A DNA stretch of 64,000 nt from Lingula anatina (taxonomy: Eukaryota; Animalia; Brachiopoda): positions 9,300,001-9,364,000 of the forward strand of contig CM120649.1 in NCBI GenBank assembly GCA_051362555.1. The letters are read 5' to 3'. The translations under genes and the position numbers were made by a program. Below the pieces are notes generated by a model. The model ran no database searches, was not told the origin of the DNA, and saw only the letters and a program-made list of their open reading frames with translations. Shown here one piece after another: positions 60,301 through 64,000 of this stretch. The stretch's first letter is position 1. Each line of letters opens with the position of its first letter.

Positions 60301-63300
60301 ATAAATATAATGGTGAAACTTTGCTGCTGCATACAAAATAGCTAAAAGTTCCTTCTCGATCTGTGCGTATCTCGTCTCTGTATCAGTTAATGCACGTGAG
60401 GCATAAGCAATAGGTCGACCATCTTATAATAGACATACACCTAATCCCGTAGATGATGCGTCTGCTTGTATTGTCACTGGCTTGGATGGCTCAAACAACT
60501 TCAGCACTAGTTACTGAGAGTACATCTTTTATTTGTTGCATGGCAGCTTTCTGCTCTGGTCCCCAACTCCAAGGTACTCCAGCTTTCAACAAACTGCTGA
60601 TTGGACTCATGGTAGAAGACTTATTTGGAATAAATGGTGATAGGAAATTCAACATTCCTGTTAAACGCTTCACTGCCTCAGTATCAGTTGGGTCTGGCAT
60701 TTCCAAAATTGAGCGAATCTTCTCTGGGTCTGGTCGGATTCCTTGTGCTCCAACAATCATCCCAAAATATGATACTAGTACACTGTTTTGTTTCAACTGC
60801 ATTTTCTTGGCATTAAAACGAACATTATTCTCCATGGCACTTTGATCACTTCTCCCAGGATTTGATTGTGTTCCTCAACTGTCTCTGTTGCTATCAGAAT
60901 GTCATCTGCTATAGCGTATTTATTTTAAAGACACGGTAAACATTTTTCTGCAAAATATCTGCAGCACTCGTAATTCCAAATGGCATGTGTCTAAATTTAT
61001 AGCGTCCAAAAGGTGTGGAAAAAGTAGTAAGTTCTGAACTGGAGTCATCTAATTCCACTTGGTAATAGGAATCATGATCAATGATAGTGAAGACTTTATT
61101 TCCTCCTATCTGCGCTGCTACTGATTCGAATGTTGGCATATTGAAATGTTCCCTTCTTATCTCTTTGTTGAGATGTTGGGGGTTGAGGCACAACCTTATG
61201 GAACCGTCTTTCTTCTCTGTATATTGCTAATAAAATCTGTGGGGTGGTCCACCTTCTCAATAACTCCTTGTCTCTTGTCTCCTTGTCTCTTCTGTGGAAC
61301 TCTGTGTGTAGGAGCAATGTGACCCTTAGCACCCTGCTTCAATGAGATGTGATACTGCCCAGGGAACTTTCCCAGGCCTGTGAAAGCACTTTTATAAGAT
61401 CCCTTTTCTACTGAATCTTGTGTAATTGATGCAGTTACTGAGTCAAGATTCCTTTGTTTCTCCACTGAAACAAGACCTAGAGCAATGCAAACTTGCAGTC
61501 CCATCACTGGCACTGTTTTTTGTTTTGTAACAAATACTTCTCCAATGGTTTTACGTCCATTTGACATGCTCATATCTACTTTCGCTCTGTCAATGTGCTC
61601 TACCACTGCACCACCAAATGCTCTAAGTATGGTATGAGATTGTTCTAGTTCGGGTCTACCTGCTATCTTTCTCCATATTTTCTGGGGTATTGAACTAGTT
61701 TCTGCACCTGTGTCTATCTTCATTCTAATATGAGAGTCAGCTACCTTTACATTTTCAAACCATACACGCTGATCTTCATTCCTGGACACACTGCCTATAC
61801 TCAGCTCTATTGTTCCCATAAAATACTCATTACTGTATTTTTTCAAAATTAATTTTCATGTTGACCGAGCCATGCATCTGTTATTCAAAGAAATGTTTGG
61901 CAATTCATTTAACTATGTTTATTACATGAGACTTTATGCCGTCCAAATATTATGAGAGCCGCAGTCATCTTAGCACGAAATGTCGTTGTAAGAGAAACCA
62001 TGGTCCAAATCTGCACACAGACTGCCCAGCATGGGGACGGACATGTTACAAGTGTAAAGGTAACAACCACTTCAAAAGTTGTTGTAGAGCTACCGTAAAA
62101 GTCCATGAACTAAGTAATGACGATAACTGCACTGTTATCATCATTACTTAGTTCATGGACTTCATCCCACTTCTGGCACCGTGTAATGTTACGAGCACAC
62201 ACCAGACAACACGTTGTTAATAATTACTCAACTGCAGCACACAGCCGCGCTTTATTCTAATTGGATAATATTACGCAATGTGTATGACACACCACTATGT
62301 GACAATGTGTGTGTATGTGTGTGCGTATGTGTGTGTGTATGTGCGTGTGTGGTAAGTCGTCCCTAGGGGTGAGCTGCTCTTGATAATATGGGGAAGTGCG
62401 GGGATATGCGATGGCTACCCATCGACACCATCTAGTTTTTCATTTGTTTTAACATTGTATAGAGTTCAGCCCAGTTTATCTTTCCTTCGAGCGAGGATGC
62501 TACTGTGTTAGTCAAATTTGGAGTTTCAATATTTTTCAGTCAAGTTTTTAGGACTATATGGATTTGTGATTTTGTTTCTTAAATAAATTTTCATTAAAGT
62601 GTGCAGTTTCCTTGAGAATCTTCTTTTGTTCAGTAAGAATATTACTGTTATCTGTTACCAGTTCAGTTATTGACTTATTTGTGAAATTGCCATTTTCCAG
62701 TGCCAAAAAGTATTTTGATGGTTATTTTCATCTGACAATTGAATCTTGACGTTTTCTTCATTTTTACTGTTTTACCTTCTAGCAAATGTGATATTGTTGT
62801 TACTCAGAGCGTTAACGCATTGGAGGCTTACTTTCATACACAATGACTTTAATTTACATTGATACTTACTAGTATACTTGCATCACCCCCCCTCCCCCAG
62901 CCTACACACACTCACTGCTAAAACTCATACTTTATAAATTTTCCTGGGGTAAACAGTATTTTTCTCAAAGTAAACAACTTCCTATCCTTCTTTCTGACAC
63001 TTTCCATATTTCTGTAAAATATTTTGGAAAATTTAATAGCTAACTCACACTTCAGCAAGTTGCTTTCAAATTCCACCATCATTCAAGCTGAAATTCTTAC
63101 AATGACTTCCCTGCTGCACACAACTCAGTTTCTAACTTTATATATGAATGAAAAATCTAAAGAATTTAATAGCTTCTTTCCAGTTTAGCAATCTATGTAC
63201 TCAACGTTATACCACAGTACTAAAAGGCATACTACGTCCTTCATGACATTTAATTTATAATTAATACAGATTTTCAACCATTTATGATTTAGAATGCTAT

Positions 63301-63432
63301 CTAGTCTTAGTCTTAGAGAGTATGTGCTATATAAACTTGAGGTAACTCACCAAAAAATGCGAAGGTTATGACCACTAAACACAGAAAAAACTTCATTCTT
63401 CGAGGCATATGGATTTCGGGGAAACTGAGCAT
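21984..63432 (-). CDS. UXS1: UDP-glucuronic acid decarboxylase 1 (UDP-xylose synthase), complete spliced gene, 12 confident exons, 417 aa
   Basis: Exons join in frame (1254 nt including stop). N-terminal RRMK plus TM segment, [14 protein letters not shown]-binding motif, [26 protein letters not shown] catalytic Yxxx[21 protein letters not shown]. Confidence 0.97.
22616..22719 (-). CDS. UXS1: UXS1 exon ([34 protein letters not shown])
   Basis: Conserved [10 protein letters not shown]; 104 nt, GT-AG. Confidence 0.96.
22853..22893 (+). ncRNA. Minimal type I hammerhead ribozyme (Penelope-like-element type), intact core
   Basis: UGCCC-CUGACGA-GGCC(UCAG)GGCC-GAAA-CAGCUG-UA-GGGCA; all core nucleotides present, palindromic stem III, GUA cleavage triplet; flanked by (TA)n runs. 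Confidence 0.88.
23083..23123 (-). ncRNA. Hammerhead ribozyme copy with G12A core substitution (probably inactive)
   Basis: AGCCC-CUGAUGA-GGCC(UCUG)GGCC-AAAA-CGGGCG-UA-GGGCU; 3' tail resembles that of the 22853 copy. Confidence 0.75.
23228..25818. mobile_element. Unclassified inverted-repeat element hosting a hAT insertion
   Basis: Perfect 18-bp IR cacgctcggctgtcacct (23228-23245) / aggtgacagccgagcgtg (25801-25818); CpG-rich; no TSD found. Confidence 0.45.
23499..25557. mobile_element. Non-autonomous hAT element
   Basis: TIR cagggtatgaaat / atttcgtacccg; perfect 8-bp TSD GATTATTA at 23491-23498 and 25558-25565. Confidence 0.8.
25963..27895 (-). mobile_element. HINE family B (truncated) with ~145-bp tandem array rich in AGGTCA
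   Basis: End aactagaggatcagagaggc..accgcctc (hairpin) plus subTIR tgtaccacc; collinear with the copy at 49461-52160. Confidence 0.75.
28086..28248 (-). CDS. UXS1: UXS1 exon ([54 protein letters not shown])
   Basis: Conserved [13 protein letters not shown] and PVN.GNP; 163 nt, GT-AG. Confidence 0.96.
28473..28562. repeat. (TA)n microsatellite
   Basis: Direct reading. Confidence 0.98.
28565..30505 (-). mobile_element. Internally deleted and rearranged hAT element (ZNF862-like transposase remnants)
   Basis: TIR cagggttggaaa / tttccaactctg, TATATGT on both flanks; hATC dimerisation motif [18 protein letters not shown] (29289..29492, -); N-terminal W...F.WL...YC..CR fragment (29727..30068, +). 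Confidence 0.82.
30566..30685 (-). CDS. UXS1: UXS1 exon ([40 protein letters not shown])
   Basis: Conserved sequence; 120 nt, GT-AG. Confidence 0.97.
30828..30949 (-). CDS. UXS1: UXS1 exon ([41 protein letters not shown])
   Basis: Catalytic YxxxK; 122 nt, GT-AG. Confidence 0.97.
31131..31190 (-). CDS. UXS1: UXS1 exon ([20 protein letters not shown])
   Basis: Conserved STSEVYG; 60 nt, GT-AG. Confidence 0.97.
31299..31523. mobile_element. Harbinger/Tourist-like MITE family H1
   Basis: Aligns with 21396-21609; TTA TSD. Confidence 0.8.
32336..32491. mobile_element. Harbinger/Tourist-like MITE family H1 (reverse orientation, internally deleted)
   Basis: TIR gggcattccc / gggaatgccc; TAA TSD. 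Confidence 0.8.
32551..33748 (-). mobile_element. Tc1-family DNA transposon with frameshifted, partly deleted transposase
   Basis: TIR cactgaacaaaaatataaacgca, TA flanks; [25 protein letters not shown] and [10 protein letters not shown] split across three frames. Confidence 0.92.
34066..34225. repeat. Degenerate ~31-bp tandem repeat (ggggctgtgagcaggtctacaggagtaagca), ~5 units
   Basis: caggagtaag/caggtctac recur periodically. Confidence 0.8.
34838..34942 (-). CDS. UXS1: UXS1 exon ([35 protein letters not shown])
   Basis: Near-identical to known UXS1 sequence; 105 nt, GT-AG. Confidence 0.97.
35063..37098. mobile_element. Possible Kolobok-like non-autonomous DNA transposon
   Basis: TTAA at both flanks, weak TIR (agacggggat vs ggccggtgat), CpG-rich interior; no recognisable transposase. 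Confidence 0.35.
37477..37657 (-). CDS. UXS1: UXS1 exon ([12 protein letters not shown]...[10 protein letters not shown])
   Basis: Rossmann GxxGxxG motif; ORF 37469..37702; 181 nt, GT-AG. Confidence 0.97.
38627..38868 (-). mobile_element. HINE family C, nested in family A
   Basis: aactagaaaac..gcagacctctgccaagg ... aacctccttggcagag..gaggtaa; similar to 57077-57442. Confidence 0.75.
38912..38994. repeat. (TA)n microsatellite
   Basis: Direct reading. Confidence 0.98.
42138..42195 (-). CDS. UXS1: UXS1 exon ([19 protein letters not shown])
   Basis: Conserved YP.V.FL..KDRKRIL; tttcag acceptor and gtaagt donor; 58 nt. Confidence 0.95.
42291..42343. repeat. (AAT)n microsatellite
   Basis: Direct reading. 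Confidence 0.95.
42346..43590 (-). mobile_element. Old HINE A end fused to a degraded HINE B copy
   Basis: cagcaaagctgtc end at 42346, aactagaggatcag end at 42431, AGGTCA-rich units. Confidence 0.6.
44770..44853 (-). CDS. UXS1: UXS1 stem exon ([27 protein letters not shown])
   Basis: ccttacag acceptor and GG|gttagt donor; 84 nt; coiled-coil-like stem ending in KDLE. Confidence 0.85.
45653..48336 (-). mobile_element. HINE family B with a family A element (~45732-47650) nested inside
   Basis: B end at 45653, A end at 45732, other A end at ~47610-47645; B resumes and ends with the subTIR/IR ..ccagcgcctacactggtggtacaataaaaat. Confidence 0.7.
49089..49121 (-). CDS. UXS1: Candidate UXS1 33-nt stem micro-exon ([11 protein letters not shown])
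   Basis: ttttatccaaag acceptor and AG|gtaggt donor; phase 2-2, frame-preserving, stop-free, lies in non-repetitive sequence. Confidence 0.42.
   Translation of the reverse strand, partial: VSRHTPSLAC
49461..52160 (-). mobile_element. HINE family B (near complete) nested in a family A fragment (49350-52465)
   Basis: Both ends present (gaggcgataccgcctc hairpin; tgtaccaccaacgcctacgctggtggtaca IR); ~145-bp tandem array at ~49850-51250. Confidence 0.78.
53154..53402. mobile_element. Harbinger/Tourist-like MITE related to family H1
   Basis: ttccc...gggaatgg termini with GATCGATC motifs; TTA TSD. Confidence 0.7.
53512..56499 (-). mobile_element. Sola2-like DNA transposon remnant
   Basis: Termini gggcaattccggcga / tgccgaaaatgcct, 4-bp TSD AGTA, repeated ACGGACGTAC subterminal motifs; transposase fragment [11 protein letters not shown]...CLCVYHE in ORF 54548..54829. 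Superfamily assigned from recalled motif and TSD length. Confidence 0.7.
54902..55280. mobile_element. TA-flanked (Tc1/mariner-pogo-type) MITE nested in the Sola-like element
   Basis: Long imperfect TIR cag..tttattaaa..caggtaaagg.ggggtaaacagatga; TA on both sides. Confidence 0.65.
57077..57442 (-). mobile_element. HINE family C
   Basis: agacctctgccaagg end, (GACA/AACA)n microsatellite, aacctccttggtggaggtaa IR end. Confidence 0.75.
57708..57744 (-). CDS. UXS1: UXS1 exon 2 ([12 protein letters not shown])
   Basis: tttttcag acceptor and CG|gtaagt donor; 37 nt, phase 1-2, bridges exon 1 to the stem exon. Confidence 0.78.
58214..58344 (-). repeat. 3' LTR (131 bp)
   Basis: Direct repeat of 62182-62304 with an 8-bp indel and a few substitutions. 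Confidence 0.95.
58744..61846 (-). pseudogene. Disrupted Gypsy pol (protease-RT-RNase H-integrase)
   Basis: ORFs 61196..61846, 60909..61193, 60491..60835, 59302..60336 and 58744..59274 are consecutive frameshifted pieces. Confidence 0.93.
62182..62304 (-). repeat. 5' LTR (123 bp)
   Basis: Followed on the minus strand by the PBS. Confidence 0.95.
63351..63432 (-). CDS. UXS1: UXS1 exon 1: cytoplasmic tail and TM anchor ([27 protein letters not shown])
   Basis: RRMK plus hydrophobic segment as in vertebrate UXS1; G|gtgagt phase-1 donor; the start could also be a downstream Met. Confidence 0.85.
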
Positions 63433-63620
63433 AATCTCTTTTACAAAACAATGGATAAGATCATGTCTTCCACCCAACCGACGTACGTACGTAGCGTAGA
63501 CGATGCTGACACTACTCCGTGTTGTCAAGTTCAAGGTTAGGAGCCTCGATGCCAAGTTAACCAATCAAAATCAGACTTAATCGTTCCTCAACGACTTTCA
63601 GCGCCGTTTTTGAGGTAAGT
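63433..63620. promoter_or_regulatory. CpG-enriched UXS1 5' UTR/promoter with CCAAT box (63561-63565); possibly bidirectional
   Basis: Local CpG enrichment upstream of the ATG, AACCAATCA, and a plus-strand GAG|GTAAGT donor at 63615. Confidence 0.45.
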
Positions 63621-64000
63621 GTATTACATTATAGTCTACGCTCATTTTTTTAGAGACCGATGTACGGTTATTACGATCACAATAGTTTATACCAAGCGTA
63701 TATGTAGAACACATTGAAATATGTTATAAAGCTAGAAATATAAGATAAGAAATGTGAGCTAGGCAAATCGGAAATATACATGTGAATACAAATTTAATAT
63801 TATCAACAATGTTTTATTACCTGGCACTTTAGCCTAGTTCGACAGCATTTCCTCCAACATATAACCCTTTAATTTTCAGTAATTTTTCTAAATTAATTTT
63901 CATTGACCGAGCCATGCGTCTGTTATTCAAAGAAATGTTTGGCAATTCATTTAACTATGTTTATTACATGAGACTTTATGCCGTCCAAATATTATGAGAG

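Larger units (their letters stand above)
58214..62304 (-). mobile_element. Gypsy/Ty3 (Mag-like) LTR retrotransposon, gag-deleted and frameshifted, in UXS1 intron 1
   Basis: LTRs 58214-58344 and 62182-62304 (TG...CA), 5-bp TSD ATGTG, tRNA-Leu-type PBS CGGTGCCAGAAGTGGGAT (62181-62164), PPT at ~58345-58360; PR (DTGA), RT (MPFG, IADD), RH (DAS, YAQIEKE), IN (H..H..C..C, DYYSKF, SDN, NGQSER) in Gypsy order. Confidence 0.96.

Overview
AT-rich, intron-rich animal genomic DNA; the repeat landscape suggests a mollusc or other marine invertebrate (inference). There are two minus-strand spliced genes, both reconstructed by hand from GT-AG sites with consistent phases. (1) A complete UXS1 (UDP-glucuronic acid decarboxylase) gene, CDS 63432 to 21984, 12 confident exons (417 aa) plus one candidate 33-nt micro-exon. 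(2) A secreted protein starting at 12443 and running off the left edge: signal peptide, an apparently isolated ZP-C-like domain, a Thr/Ser/Pro linker and at least three Ca-binding EGF modules. Introns are packed with transposon derivatives, many with TIRs and TSDs readable in the sequence: a Mag-type Gypsy LTR element, Tc1, hAT, Sola2, Harbinger, CACTA-like and pogo-like MITEs, Helentron-type HINE elements carrying ~145/161-bp tandem arrays, and a LINE remnant, plus mini- and microsatellites. The most notable observations are two inverted pairs of Penelope-type minimal hammerhead ribozymes, the ZP-C-first architecture, tandem duplications spanning the donor sites of two consecutive UXS1 exons, and two transposons with fold-back internal inversions, one carrying a segment also found 2 kb away. 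No rRNA, tRNA or CRISPR features were seen.
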